IMG/VR virus record: IMGVR_UViG_3300037010_001227
Span: 62,001 to 126,000 of that record
Strand: one strand, 5' to 3'
DNA: 64,000 nucleotides
Shown here: in pieces, positions 35,896 through 46,735 of the stretch
Numbering within the stretch: the stretch's first letter is position 1
Layout: each line of letters begins with the position of its first letter
Program-made: the position numbers and the translations under genes
Notes under the pieces: model-generated
What the model was told of the DNA's origin: nothing
The model's input: the letters and a program-made list of their open reading frames with translations, nothing else
The model's database searches: none

Positions 35896-36285
35896 ATGGC
35901 TACTATTAACTACAATAAAACTATCTATTCAGGAATTAGTTTCCCTCCTCGTAAAGATGGCAACGCAGGATTTTTTGCTATTTCTACTGACTTAGAACTA
36001 ATCAAAGAGAGTGTCTATATTATTTTAAACACTCGTAAAGGGGAAATGGTGATGTATCCTGAGTTTGGATCGGCAGCTATGGACTCTCTGTTCGAGAACA
36101 TGGACACAAATTCTCAGGCTATTTTATGCCAACAGATTAAGAAAGACATCGAAACTTTCGAAAAACGCATAACCGTTAAATCAGTGGCGGCTTATTCAAA
36201 AGACAATACTCGAATTATTATAGTAACCGCCTTAGTAAACGTAACCGGGCAGGAAACGACCCTAGAATACAACCTGGCCGCATAA
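35896..36285 (+). CDS. baseplate wedge subunit, T4 gp25-like
   Basis: GISFP...IKESVYIILNTRKGEMVMYPEFGS...FEKRI signature. Confidence 0.9.
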   Translation: MATINYNKTIYSGISFPPRKDGNAGFFAISTDLELIKESVYIILNTRKGEMVMYPEFGSAAMDSLFENMDTNSQAILCQQIKKDIETFEKRITVKSVAAYSKDNTRIIIVTALVNVTGQETTLEYNLAA

Positions 36286-36372
36286 ATCCCTTGAGTCCTG
36301 GCCACGAAGGCCCGATATACTTGTAGATGATTGGCAGGAATCGCATCCTGCCTGCATTCTATGAGACTGGAT

Positions 36373-37416
36373 ATGACAAAGGTTCTAATTTGCTCAGATT
36401 TACATTTTAACTTCAATTCTCCTTTTAGTAAGACCAATAATGATGGAATCTCAAGCAGACTGCAAGAGATTCTTGATTCGTTATTATGGGCTGCTGAAGT
36501 TGGTAAAAGTAAAGATGCAAAACTATTTGTAATCACTGGTGATCTATTTGAACGCGCTGAGAAGTTGCCTACCAAAGAAGGTCTTGCTATTATAGATGCT
36601 TTTAAGAAGATAAAATCACTATACGCTGGCAAATTCTATGCTTTGGTTGGTAATCACGATCAGATTAGTTCTGATAATAACATTCTTGATTTGTTTAGTA
36701 ATATAATGACTGTAATTAGTAAGCCTACTTTCTTAGATATAGACGGAGGCAGACTTTTCTTTATTCCGTATATTCGAGAACCTGATGAGCTTTACAAGAC
36801 TGTTCAATCCTTTGAACAGCATGACTGTATAGGCAGAAAGTATCTATTTGGTCACTTTTGGGACTCCACTGTAATGGGAGTAGATGCAGAAGCTATTGAT
36901 ATCACAAAGATAAATACTGCTTTCTTCGATAGAATTTTTCTTGGTCACTATCATGTTCCAACTATAGATTTGAATAACCTTATTATCTATTCTGGAACTC
37001 TTCTTAATCACAAGTTCAGTGAGACTGGTCCTAAAGGTTGTTGGGTATTAGAGACTGATACCAATGCTATTGAGTTTATTAAGAATCCACACTCGCCTGA
37101 GTTTTATTCTACCCAAGATGACATTTTACTTAGTGACCCTTCTGTAGTGGAGTCAAGAGCATATTACAGAGTATATTGTGACGCTAATAATGTTGTAGAT
37201 ATCTCTAAGATTCTTACTCTTGCTAAAGGTTACGAGATTCTTTCCAAGAAAGCTGCAAGCGCCGATTCTTCTGCCGTATCTATTGATTCAGTAGAGAAAC
37301 GTAACTCTCTTACACTAAAAGAGTTTATCTTTAAAAACTGCACTCTATTTACTCCAGAAGGTGTTTCTGAAGATGATTTTAAAAAGCGTGGTTTAGAATT
37401 ACTATCTGACTTATAA
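36373..37416 (+). CDS. sbcD: SbcD/Mre11 (gp47-like) metallophosphoesterase nuclease
   Basis: SDLH, GDLF, GNHD, GH, GHYH motifs. Confidence 0.93.
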   Translation: MTKVLICSDLHFNFNSPFSKTNNDGISSRLQEILDSLLWAAEVGKSKDAKLFVITGDLFERAEKLPTKEGLAIIDAFKKIKSLYAGKFYALVGNHDQISSDNNILDLFSNIMTVISKPTFLDIDGGRLFFIPYIREPDELYKTVQSFEQHDCIGRKYLFGHFWDSTVMGVDAEAIDITKINTAFFDRIFLGHYHVPTIDLNNLIIYSGTLLNHKFSETGPKGCWVLETDTNAIEFIKNPHSPEFYSTQDDILLSDPSVVESRAYYRVYCDANNVVDISKILTLAKGYEILSKKAASADSSAVSIDSVEKRNSLTLKEFIFKNCTLFTPEGVSEDDFKKRGLELLSDL

Positions 37417-37425
37417 GGTAATGTT

Positions 37426-39210
37426 GTGAGCTATAAAATAAAATCATTAACCGTAAAGAACTTTGTAGTTTTCGTGGATGAGGTCACTGTTGACTTCTCT
37501 GCCATAACTTTAAATCAGATAGAAGCTATTTTCAAGACTGACACCAAACAATCAAATGGCGCTGGTAAATCTGTTTTGTTATGTGCTATTTCCTTGGCTT
37601 TGTTTGGTAAGGGAATACGAAGTAACTATATTTCTGATTACATTGCACCTACTAATCCTACTGGCGGTATCTATATTGGTTTGGAATTAGTCGATGACTC
37701 TGGTAATATCTTAAAAATAGAACGTTGGCGTAGACCAGGATCTGATATTAATAAGGCTAAAGTTTGGTTTAACTCTGCTCATATCTCTAAGGATATGACT
37801 ATTTCAAAGATTGATGATCTAGTAGCTTCTTATGCTGGAGTTACACATTCCAACTTTCTTTCTTGTATTTTCTCTGTAATGCTTCCAGGTTTTCTAGCTC
37901 TGCGTCCAGCACAACGATTTGAAGTGTTGGAAAATGCTTTAGCGGTAAAGAAAATGGAAACTATTATTAAAAAGCTAAACACTGCTCAGAAGGTTGCAGA
38001 AGAAAAGCTTACTAACACCAATCTTGCATTAACTGAGAAACACCAGTTACTAGGACAGGAACTTGCCAAACGAGATATTTACTCTCAAAATAGGGATGCT
38101 CTTGTTCGATCTATTGCTTCTCAAGAAGAAGAATTACGTGGTTTATATAAGGAAGAGGAGAAGCTAATTAAGAAACGAAATGATTATGCTGTTTTGATTG
38201 ATCTAGCTACTAACAAACTCAAAACTCAAAGAGAAAAGTTATCTTCTGCGTCTTCTGAGAAGTTTTCTCTTGATTCTTCAAAGTCAAAATTAGTTTCTAC
38301 CATAAATTCTCTCGCAAAGAATTTCAAGTCGGTTAGTGACGCTGAGATAGAGTGTTTAGTGTGCCACTCCACCCTCGATAAGACCTCAGAAGTGTCTATC
38401 AAGCGTCATTACCAGTCTGAACTTTCGGACTTATTAGGTAAGCTCGCTATAGTGGAGACAACTATCACTACTATAATGGAGGCTATAGAACGTGACGAGA
38501 AGTCCTTAGCATTAGCACAGAAAAGTTTATCAAAAGTTGTTAGTGATATGAACATTAATAGTGCTTCCGCTATGGCTTGCGAACGAACTATTAAGTCAGC
38601 TAAAGAATCTTTATCTATTGCCGAGTCATCTTTTGATACAACTTTACTAGATTTTCTAAACGTTGACATCAATAATCTGAATACTCAAAAAGATGCTTTG
38701 TTGAAAGAAACAAAAATTGTAGCTTCTTGGAAACAAGCAATGTCAAAAAACGGTTTGCGTCTTGCTTATCTGAGAGAAGAAGTAGGGACTCTTAGCGCAA
38801 TTGCTTCTAAGTTTGCATCTTCTGTTTATTCTAAACCTACTCAAGTTGAGTTCTTTATTAATGAAGAACGTGATACACCACAGCTTGATTTCACTGTAAA
38901 TGGTAATGGTTCTGGAACATTCTCTACTGGAGAGCGAAGACTATTAGAAGTAGCTATTACGTTATCTTTGATGACTCTGTTGAAATCAGCTGGAATGAAC
39001 TTAGAGTTCTTGATTTTAGATGAGGCATTAGATGGGCTTTCTGAGACAAGTAAGCACAATGTATTATCTATAATTGGAGAGTTATCTAAAGAATATCAGG
39101 TCATAATGATTTCTCACGATGACATGATTAAGAAGACTTCTGGTAATATTATTAGAGTTATTAAGGATGATGCAACTAAGACTTCAACTATTGAACAGTA
39201 TGTTCGCTAA
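37426..39210 (+). CDS. sbcC: SbcC/Rad50 (gp46-like) ATPase
   Basis: SNGAGKS Walker A, CLVC Zn hook, FSTGE signature, LILDEALDG, ISH. Confidence 0.93.
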   Translation: MSYKIKSLTVKNFVVFVDEVTVDFSAITLNQIEAIFKTDTKQSNGAGKSVLLCAISLALFGKGIRSNYISDYIAPTNPTGGIYIGLELVDDSGNILKIERWRRPGSDINKAKVWFNSAHISKDMTISKIDDLVASYAGVTHSNFLSCIFSVMLPGFLALRPAQRFEVLENALAVKKMETIIKKLNTAQKVAEEKLTNTNLALTEKHQLLGQELAKRDIYSQNRDALVRSIASQEEELRGLYKEEEKLIKKRNDYAVLIDLATNKLKTQREKLSSASSEKFSLDSSKSKLVSTINSLAKNFKSVSDAEIECLVCHSTLDKTSEVSIKRHYQSELSDLLGKLAIVETTITTIMEAIERDEKSLALAQKSLSKVVSDMNINSASAMACERTIKSAKESLSIAESSFDTTLLDFLNVDINNLNTQKDALLKETKIVASWKQAMSKNGLRLAYLREEVGTLSAIASKFASSVYSKPTQVEFFINEERDTPQLDFTVNGNGSGTFSTGERRLLEVAITLSLMTLLKSAGMNLEFLILDEALDGLSETSKHNVLSIIGELSKEYQVIMISHDDMIKKTSGNIIRVIKDDATKTSTIEQYVR

Positions 39211-39616
39211 TATCTACGGTAACTAATACAGGCTCACCAAACTCTTTAATGAACGAAAGTTTCCAGATGTAGCAATCGTCTAGATCTGGAAATTTTTCTT
39301 TGAACTCAGTAAAAACAGAGTCTATTAATGCTTTACCTTGGTTTTCAATGTCTTTCTTTCTAACGCTTTTTTTATCTTTGAGTAGCCATGTTGGTGATCT
39401 TACTGTGATACAAACTTCTAAAGGTTTGTCCACAAGGTTCGATAAGATAGTAAGGTTTGGCTTTGTCAGTTGTTCCAGAACAGCATCTTTGACTTGCGCT
39501 TTAAATCGTTTACCATCTGTTGATATGAATCGTCTTGATTGTCCAGGAATATTACAATACAGTTTGTTCATACTAATAGGTTCAAAATCAAAATTTATAG
39601 TAAGTTTATTAGTCAT
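39188..39616 (-). CDS. rusA: RusA-like Holliday junction resolvase
   Basis: EPISMNKLY, KDIENQGKALIDSV, DDCYI pattern. Confidence 0.75.
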   Translation of the reverse strand: MTNKLTINFDFEPISMNKLYCNIPGQSRRFISTDGKRFKAQVKDAVLEQLTKPNLTILSNLVDKPLEVCITVRSPTWLLKDKKSVRKKDIENQGKALIDSVFTEFKEKFPDLDDCYIWKLSFIKEFGEPVLVTVDISEHTVQ

Positions 39617-39641
39617 ATAAAATTAATTTGAGGAATAACAA

Positions 39642-40205
39642 ATGTTTTGGAACAAGCCAATTAAGATTAAAGTAACAAGGACTCATGAATTTGCTACTTT
39701 GCCACGCAAAACTCATACTAATATGTTTGCTGATGCTGCTTATGATTTATTTCCTTTTGAAGCCGCCCCAACATACCCATTAGAAGCTATAGATGCGTTA
39801 ACTGGTTCTTCTTTGTGGAGAACCCCCTCAGTTGATATAGAGTTTCCAGAAGAGAAGACTTTTGTTTTAGAAGCTAACTCAAGGAAACTAGTTGGAACTG
39901 GGATACGGTTAGCAATACCAGATGGCTATTGGGTTAAGTTTCATGAACGTTCTGGTCTTGCTAATAAAGGTATTCATATTCTTGGTGGAGTTATTGATTC
40001 AGGTTATACTGGTGAATTAAAAGTTATTATGTATAATTCCAGTAATAGTGCTTATGAGCATGATTGCTCTAAAGCGATTTGTCAGTTTACTGTAGAGAAG
40101 GTGACTGATTCTGTATTAGAACTTGTTTCTATTGAAGACATGGACTACCAGGCAGAACTAAGAGAACGTAAAGATAAGGGTTTTGGTTCTTCAGATGGGA
40201 AATAA
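39642..40205 (+). CDS. dut: trimeric dUTPase with an insertion after motif 1
   Basis: AAYDL, RSGLA, GGVIDSGYTGE, ICQ, RKDKGFGSS. Confidence 0.93.
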   Translation: MFWNKPIKIKVTRTHEFATLPRKTHTNMFADAAYDLFPFEAAPTYPLEAIDALTGSSLWRTPSVDIEFPEEKTFVLEANSRKLVGTGIRLAIPDGYWVKFHERSGLANKGIHILGGVIDSGYTGELKVIMYNSSNSAYEHDCSKAICQFTVEKVTDSVLELVSIEDMDYQAELRERKDKGFGSSDGK

Positions 40206-40662
40206 GTTACTTCCACTCGATAAGTGCATTGAGATAGTTAATGCAGCTATCGAGAATAAAGAAATTAATTTTGTATTTTTAGAGGATGCTCCGAAATTAG
40301 TAAAACTATTAAGTTCAGGAGAGTATTGTGCTTACAAGAATACAGTATACGTTCCATCAATTCACCTTAAACTATCTACTTCCGCCAATGAATCAGACCG
40401 TGCTGTTGCTACTGCTAAGTTATTACCTTGGATAATGGCAATAAAAGATGGTAAAACTAGCTCTCTATATCAAATGAGGAAGTTATTAACAGATTATAAG
40501 CTGCGTTCATTTTATTTTATGTATGAGTATGTCTTTCTAGTAGCGTCAGAAAATCCTTATGCAGATACTATATTCGGAGGCTTTGTTTGTTCTAGAAAAG
40601 GTTGGTTAGGTAAAAGATACCCGACAGAGCAAATAATAGATTATCTTCAAACACTCTTATAA
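40183..40662 (+). CDS. hypothetical protein
   Basis: ORF track. Confidence 0.7.
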   Translation: MVLQMGNKLLPLDKCIEIVNAAIENKEINFVFLEDAPKLVKLLSSGEYCAYKNTVYVPSIHLKLSTSANESDRAVATAKLLPWIMAIKDGKTSSLYQMRKLLTDYKLRSFYFMYEYVFLVASENPYADTIFGGFVCSRKGWLGKRYPTEQIIDYLQTLL

Positions 40663-40666
40663 TAAC

Positions 40667-40694
40667 AAAGCCCTCTTTCGAGGGCTTTTGTTTT
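40667..40694. terminator. bidirectional terminator between convergent genes
   Basis: AAAGCCCTC-TTTC-GAGGGCTTT with A and T flanks. Confidence 0.8.
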
Positions 40695-43245
40695 AGATAT
40701 CATCGTCGAAAAGTTCTAATTTTTGTAGATCTTTTCGGCGTTTTGCTTTTAATCCTCTAGCTTCTCTAGTCTTTAAAGTAGCATCAATTCTACCTTGATA
40801 GTCTGGATGAATATCGCCATCTTTATTAATAATATAGGCAATATTTTTGGAAACCAATTCAATAATTTCTGTTGTCTCAGGATCTTTAGCAGTAGCTTCA
40901 GCCTGGACTAAGTAAGCTTTATCTTCTTTAGGTAGCTGTTCGATAGAGTCAGTGAAAAGGTTTACAATTTCTTCTACATAATCACTAAACTCTTTGATGG
41001 CTACTAAGAAAGTTAATCGAGTGTGAAGGATACCTAAGAAAAGTAGTTTTCTATTTCTGGTTTCTGTGTTAGTCACCTTCTGTGGTTGCTCTACTACTTC
41101 AGCTTCAGCTTCAGTAGCAGGTTTCTTAGTGCATAAACCTAGTAATAATGGTGTAGATTCATTGCGAATGTAGTTAAAGTAAGATTTTGAATCACTTACT
41201 TTATTATTGATTAAGTCTATTACTACAGGGTTTGGCAATAACAGATTTGCAATAGTTGCCTTAGAATTTGTTGTAATACATCTAGATAAGGCTTTTAGAG
41301 CTGGCCCAAAAGCAGTTTCAAAAATATTTCTAATAATTTCTGAAACTTTATTAGGATCTGTCGCTGCTAAAAGTTCCCCGTGATTTGATTCTATACTAGA
41401 AACAACAGTATTTACCTTAGAATCAAAATCTTCCTTACTAGGAAATATGAATCTATATTTTTCTGGATTAGGTTGACCAGCAGGATATAAGAAATAATAA
41501 GTTGATGGAGCACTAGCATTTGTGCCAATCTTCTGCTTCACAGCAACTGGAATAGCTTCTAAATTTGCTTTTACTCTATTCTTGTAGGTTTCAATTACAG
41601 TATCTTTATTTACAGCAGTAGATTTTGATGCTGACTTAAATTCTTTAGATACAATATTAAAGGTAGAATTTAAGTCATCAGCTAAAGCTGAGTTAAAAGG
41701 TCTTTCTGCAATATTTAGAGAAAAGATGTCAGTAAAATCATCTTTTATTCTAGATACTTTATCACCAGTATTGTTCAATACTTTATTAAAAGTATAATAA
41801 GCTACTTTAATACCTTCATTACTATTTATGAAGTTTGCAAAACTTGTGTTATCTCTTGAGATATCTACATCATCAACATTTTTTGGTAGGTCATATAAGA
41901 ATCGTTTTAATTCATTGACTGAATATGGTAAGTTATTATCAATACCGTTATATAACTGGTTTACAAAAATAGCACCTTCGGGTGAATACGCGAAGGAAGC
42001 AAACTTACTATCAAAGAAGTCATAAAAAAGGTTTCGTTTTTCTAAGTTACCGATGTTATTTATAACGATAAAATCGAAACTAGTTCTAACTGGAGAACCA
42101 GTTGTTTTACATAGAAGTTCTAAGGTATTTCTAACAGCACTTGTAACATATTCTCTATGAATATCACCAAGAATACGATTAGAATCTATGTTGATATAAT
42201 CTTCGTAAGTGGCATAATCTTCATAAGTATCAGTATCTCCCTTACCATCTACTTCGGAAGGATCTAACTCACCACTTTCAGGTTTTCTTTTCTCTTCTGC
42301 TTCTTTCTTACTTAACCCATTATCGGCTTGTTTTAATACAGATTTTAATTCTGTAATAGGAGTATTAGATAATAATGCTTTTAAAAAGAAAATCAAAGAA
42401 AGAACTGGGTATTCAGTAATAGACAGTAGCATTTTGTTGCCAATATCTGTTGCAGTTTCAGTTCCTTTAGCTTCATATAAATGTTGTTTATCTGCATTCA
42501 TTGGATAAACAGTATTAACATAATCCTCATCTATCTGATAAATATCTTTGATATACTTAACAAAACTTGTGTTGCGATGTAAGAAAATAGATAAAGTTTC
42601 ATTGCTTAAATTAGTAGCAGGAAGTTTCTTTTCCATACCACCCATTGCTGCTTTGGCATACTTTGTAGTATCTAATGGAGAGTTAATGGATTTTAAATTG
42701 AACATATTACGCAGAGATTGTTTCTGCGTATTTTGTGACAACTCACCAATAGCGTCATAAGACATAATAATAAAGATATGGTGTCCTCTAATTACAGAAG
42801 CTATCATTAAATCTCTGACGAGTCTATCAAAGTCATCCTTACTTAAAACATTCTCTACTTTGTAACCACCTAAAGCATTGGTGACTGTTTTAATTACAGT
42901 AGAAAATGATTTTTTAGCTAACTGGTCTTCTTCATCAATCTCCTCAATATCAGTTTCCACTTCAGATTCATCTTCGCCAGTGTTCTCTGGAAATGTTAGT
43001 TCTCCTGAAATTGGATTCCCAGGATTATTAATAAACGCTACACAATCAGTGTAAATTTTATATAATTTATCAATTATCTGTGTAATTGCAATAGTTTCTT
43101 TTGTATTCTGAGATTTGTAAAAAGTTGAGTAAGAAGATAGTTTCTCTAACTCTTTTACAAAGCCTCTGTTTTTATTACAGAAGAAAACTTTGTTTAGGAC
43201 GGCAGTAATTTTTCCGTGGTGCTTTGTTTCTAATTGTATGCTCAT
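40693..43245 (-). CDS. 850-aa hypothetical protein
   Basis: Long ORF downstream of the baseplate hub gene. Confidence 0.8.
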   Translation of the reverse strand: MSIQLETKHHGKITAVLNKVFFCNKNRGFVKELEKLSSYSTFYKSQNTKETIAITQIIDKLYKIYTDCVAFINNPGNPISGELTFPENTGEDESEVETDIEEIDEEDQLAKKSFSTVIKTVTNALGGYKVENVLSKDDFDRLVRDLMIASVIRGHHIFIIMSYDAIGELSQNTQKQSLRNMFNLKSINSPLDTTKYAKAAMGGMEKKLPATNLSNETLSIFLHRNTSFVKYIKDIYQIDEDYVNTVYPMNADKQHLYEAKGTETATDIGNKMLLSITEYPVLSLIFFLKALLSNTPITELKSVLKQADNGLSKKEAEEKRKPESGELDPSEVDGKGDTDTYEDYATYEDYINIDSNRILGDIHREYVTSAVRNTLELLCKTTGSPVRTSFDFIVINNIGNLEKRNLFYDFFDSKFASFAYSPEGAIFVNQLYNGIDNNLPYSVNELKRFLYDLPKNVDDVDISRDNTSFANFINSNEGIKVAYYTFNKVLNNTGDKVSRIKDDFTDIFSLNIAERPFNSALADDLNSTFNIVSKEFKSASKSTAVNKDTVIETYKNRVKANLEAIPVAVKQKIGTNASAPSTYYFLYPAGQPNPEKYRFIFPSKEDFDSKVNTVVSSIESNHGELLAATDPNKVSEIIRNIFETAFGPALKALSRCITTNSKATIANLLLPNPVVIDLINNKVSDSKSYFNYIRNESTPLLLGLCTKKPATEAEAEVVEQPQKVTNTETRNRKLLFLGILHTRLTFLVAIKEFSDYVEEIVNLFTDSIEQLPKEDKAYLVQAEATAKDPETTEIIELVSKNIAYIINKDGDIHPDYQGRIDATLKTREARGLKAKRRKDLQKLELFDDDI

Positions 43246-43268
43246 GAAATTTAATTTCCTAATCTTTC

Positions 43269-45839
43269 TTACAAGCGAGAATAGATCCAGTTTAGTGTTG
43301 GAACATATTCTAAATGGACTTGCGCATTATTGCTGAAAGGATGCGCTGCTTTGTAACTAGCCTCAACTGCTGGGTATGTTACAGTCTGTTCGATATTGTT
43401 AGAAATTCTTCTTCTCACCTCTCCAGAACCAACGTTATAAACGAAGAAACAAATATTTCGTATATCTTCTTTGTTTATTTCAGAGAAAGGTGTAGCATTG
43501 TTGATTCGACTGTTTCTATCTTCAATTGCTTTCTTAGCATGATAGTAACATCTAGTCATAAATTGAATACCAAGATCAATATTAGCTTTTGGATCAAAAT
43601 AATAGTTAAAGGAAGCTGTTCCAATATTTACCATACCTTTAACTTCTTCAACTGCTGATGGGCCTATCTGGAATAATCCAATAGTTCCACCTGATTTAGC
43701 TTTAGGATCTCCGTTACTTTCAAGTAACATTTGAGCCTTAAAATATTTCCAATTTGGGAATACTTGTTGTAACTCTCCAGTAATATATGTATTATAAGCT
43801 TTTTGAATTTCATCATCATAAGTAGTTAAATTAAAATTACGTGGAGTTGTTTTAGCTGCTGTAGCAATACCTTTGCAAGTTTCTGAATATGAGTTAAGAA
43901 TTCGCATTGGTGAAGAATCTTTATTTACATAAAACGCATTACCAAGAGTTGACCTGACAGCATTAGCCATATCAATTTTTCTAAACTCTTCAGCTCGTTT
44001 AAAGAAGTCTGGGTATGAATTATCAGCAACAGGTTTGTTTTTAAGCTGTGAAAATATTTTAGCCCAAGTTCTTGTTACAGTCTTGATTCTGCTGAATTTT
44101 GCATAGCAACTTTCTAATATTCCGCCTAAAACATCCCAATTAACAGAACGATTTACTCTGTGATTTTCGTCACCTGGAGTATATGATTGTAAATTACCAT
44201 CAACATCAAACCCAATAAAGGCTCCTGATGGATGTCTTAAATATACTGTTTCTTGTCCTGGAACAGTTGAGATTTCAAGTCCAATAGGTTTAGAAAAATT
44301 AACGTCGCTAGAATTTGCATACAAGGTTGTATGATCAATATAGCTTCTAATCTGTTCTGGAGTCCCTTGGATGATTGTTGTCGGTGTAGCTATACTTCCT
44401 ATCCATTCCAAAGGATTATAGAAAGCTGAGGTTCCTATTACTTGAGCTTTATTACGAATTGCTAATAGACTGTTGGCATCTATAGTCTCACCAGCCCCTT
44501 TAAAGATTTCCCAATGTAAGTGGTATCCACCATTGTTACCAAATACGTGTCCTGTATTACCACAGAATCCTAATGGTGTTCCAGCCTTTACTAAGGTTCC
44601 AGCATGATTTTGTATAATCTTAACAATACTGTCATTTATAGCAGCTAGGTGGAAGAAACCGTGTCCAGTCCCATCAACTGCTCTACAGAATAAAGCATTT
44701 CCCATAGAATTATTATTATATATAAAAGTAACAGGATACATGTCAATAGGAGCAAGGCAAATAGTGCTGTTATCTGTAGCTGCCGATATATCAATACCCA
44801 TATGACGTTTTTCAGCGTTTCTATAATAAGGCCGAGGTGCGCCGAAGTTACCTTTGATTGGATCTCCCGATAATGGTGGTGTTGGGCGCCCAGGTCCAGG
44901 TTTAATAGGCCACATTTTTATTACATGAGTATCAACTGGTGTAGTTTTTTCTGGCGTTGGTTCTGCAACAGGAGCTGGTAAAGCTTGTCGTAATGCTTCA
45001 GGAATAACTAAAGTATCTGTAGGAGCAACATATGTTGTTGTTTCAGGAACTGTTAAAGTGACAGCATCTTTACTTAAAATAACACGTTTGGCAAAAGGCG
45101 CAGAAGCAGTTGTTGGGAATCCAGGATATGCAGCAGTAATTTTACTGTATTTAGCAGTAGTTAAAGTATCAATATCTGTTAGATTAATTTGGCCGGATAG
45201 AAATATTGCTGACTCGCCAATAGTATCAGAAATGTAAAGCATAGACTTATTTTCTGCTCTAATACTAAAAGCATTTGCTACTTTCGTAACATAATCATCT
45301 TCGTCATTTGTAAGAATCTGTGTATTACTTTCAGTTTCAGTTCTAATAGATTGTTCAGCTACTTCAAGTCCAGGAATGATTTCTAATGGTCTATCCTTAT
45401 CATATTTAAACTCATTGGCATGAATTATTGCACCAACAAGAATAGGTAAGTTTGGATCATCATTTTCAAATATTACATAAACTTCAGTTCCTTGTTTGGG
45501 TGTGCTAAATACTCCGCTAATAGTAGCAACTTCATTTTCATTCTTTTTTGGACCCCAATTTTGAGATAGTGGTTTTGCCCAAGGTAATAAATCTTCTGCA
45601 TCAGAAGCTTTCCAAGTATTGATATATTTGGCTCCATCAGGTATAGAAATACTATTAGGACTATCTTGAGCCGTATCAATAAACTCATCTGGAAATGTTC
45701 CATGAATAGCAGGGATCCAAACTTTAACTCTACCACTAAATAAAGGATCTTTATTAGATACAACAATAGCTCTCGTTAAAGAGCCTTTAATTATATTTTT
45801 TAGACTATAATTATATTCATTTATTTCGTGATTAAGCAT
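43269..45839 (-). CDS. baseplate hub / tail spike: gp5-like OB-fold plus M23 peptidase plus SLT transglycosylase
   Basis: VVSNKDPLFSGRVKVWIP..FENDDPNLP..G; HMGIDIS, FFHL, YHLHWE; RHPSG; LESNG...GLFQI...YNVG. Confidence 0.85.
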   Translation of the reverse strand: MLNHEINEYNYSLKNIIKGSLTRAIVVSNKDPLFSGRVKVWIPAIHGTFPDEFIDTAQDSPNSISIPDGAKYINTWKASDAEDLLPWAKPLSQNWGPKKNENEVATISGVFSTPKQGTEVYVIFENDDPNLPILVGAIIHANEFKYDKDRPLEIIPGLEVAEQSIRTETESNTQILTNDEDDYVTKVANAFSIRAENKSMLYISDTIGESAIFLSGQINLTDIDTLTTAKYSKITAAYPGFPTTASAPFAKRVILSKDAVTLTVPETTTYVAPTDTLVIPEALRQALPAPVAEPTPEKTTPVDTHVIKMWPIKPGPGRPTPPLSGDPIKGNFGAPRPYYRNAEKRHMGIDISAATDNSTICLAPIDMYPVTFIYNNNSMGNALFCRAVDGTGHGFFHLAAINDSIVKIIQNHAGTLVKAGTPLGFCGNTGHVFGNNGGYHLHWEIFKGAGETIDANSLLAIRNKAQVIGTSAFYNPLEWIGSIATPTTIIQGTPEQIRSYIDHTTLYANSSDVNFSKPIGLEISTVPGQETVYLRHPSGAFIGFDVDGNLQSYTPGDENHRVNRSVNWDVLGGILESCYAKFSRIKTVTRTWAKIFSQLKNKPVADNSYPDFFKRAEEFRKIDMANAVRSTLGNAFYVNKDSSPMRILNSYSETCKGIATAAKTTPRNFNLTTYDDEIQKAYNTYITGELQQVFPNWKYFKAQMLLESNGDPKAKSGGTIGLFQIGPSAVEEVKGMVNIGTASFNYYFDPKANIDLGIQFMTRCYYHAKKAIEDRNSRINNATPFSEINKEDIRNICFFVYNVGSGEVRRRISNNIEQTVTYPAVEASYKAAHPFSNNAQVHLEYVPTLNWIYSRL

Positions 45840-46188
45840 TTTGTAGACTATTTAAAAGTTTTAAAAGATATGTAATGTCAATAATCTTAATAATTTCGCC
45901 ACCACCAGGTCTTCCAAAAGGATCGACAATACCATTACTCCAGTAAATAACCCACCACAAATCAGACGATTGATAAAGTTCGTTAGCAATAAGATCAGGT
46001 CTATCTGCAAAATTATTGGGAACTTTATAATAACCAACCACGGGAACTAGTTTACTATAAATAGGAGCAATTGGAAAATAAGTTACAGTATTATGAACTC
46101 CCTTAAAAGTCCCACCTTTAGTAGTTCTCTCGTATGAAGATTTGGCTGGTTGAATTATTGATCCATCCCAAGAAAAAATCGCTGGCAT
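45832..46188 (-). CDS. baseplate wedge protein, gp53/LysM-like
   Basis: DRPDLIANELYQSSDLWWVIYWSNGIVDPF signature. Confidence 0.8.
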   Translation of the reverse strand: MPAIFSWDGSIIQPAKSSYERTTKGGTFKGVHNTVTYFPIAPIYSKLVPVVGYYKVPNNFADRPDLIANELYQSSDLWWVIYWSNGIVDPFGRPGGGEIIKIIDITYLLKLLNSLQNA

Positions 46189-46256
46189 ATAATAAATTCC
46201 CTATAAAAGTTAATTGATTTTTTTCTTCAGAATCCGATATGTAGTAAGAGGCTATT

Positions 46257-46673
46257 ATGGATAAACAAACCGGATTGGAAATTAGAGCGTTAAACGAAGC
46301 ATTAAACACAGCCATGCACCGCATTATGTTACTAGAAACCAGAGTTTCCCAACTAGAAACTATTACCAACCAAAATACATTTAAATGGCAACCTCATACT
46401 ACGCTAGATACAATCCAGTATGGAGCACCAGGAGAATTTTCTGGAATGAATTATCCTGTTTATCCTGTTTGGCAACCAGCTACTCCAGAGTATTTCGTTA
46501 CTAAACCAGATCCTAATAAATATTATACTGGAACACCTCCGCAAACGTTTTCATCTGTTTCTTCAGGAACAATATTGGTAGCTGATTCAGAAGGTGGTGT
46601 TCATTGGGAACATTGTGAACCTTTAGTAAGTGGCTCAATAACAACTTCTGAGCCTGTATGGAACCCCGAATAA
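46257..46673 (+). CDS. hypothetical protein
   Basis: SD GAGG; ORF track. Confidence 0.7.
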   Translation: MDKQTGLEIRALNEALNTAMHRIMLLETRVSQLETITNQNTFKWQPHTTLDTIQYGAPGEFSGMNYPVYPVWQPATPEYFVTKPDPNKYYTGTPPQTFSSVSSGTILVADSEGGVHWEHCEPLVSGSITTSEPVWNPE

Positions 46674-46735
46674 TCGAAAAAGTCCTTTGTAGTCATGGCC
46701 TTCCGTCCGATATGTATGTACGGAAGGTCATTCTC

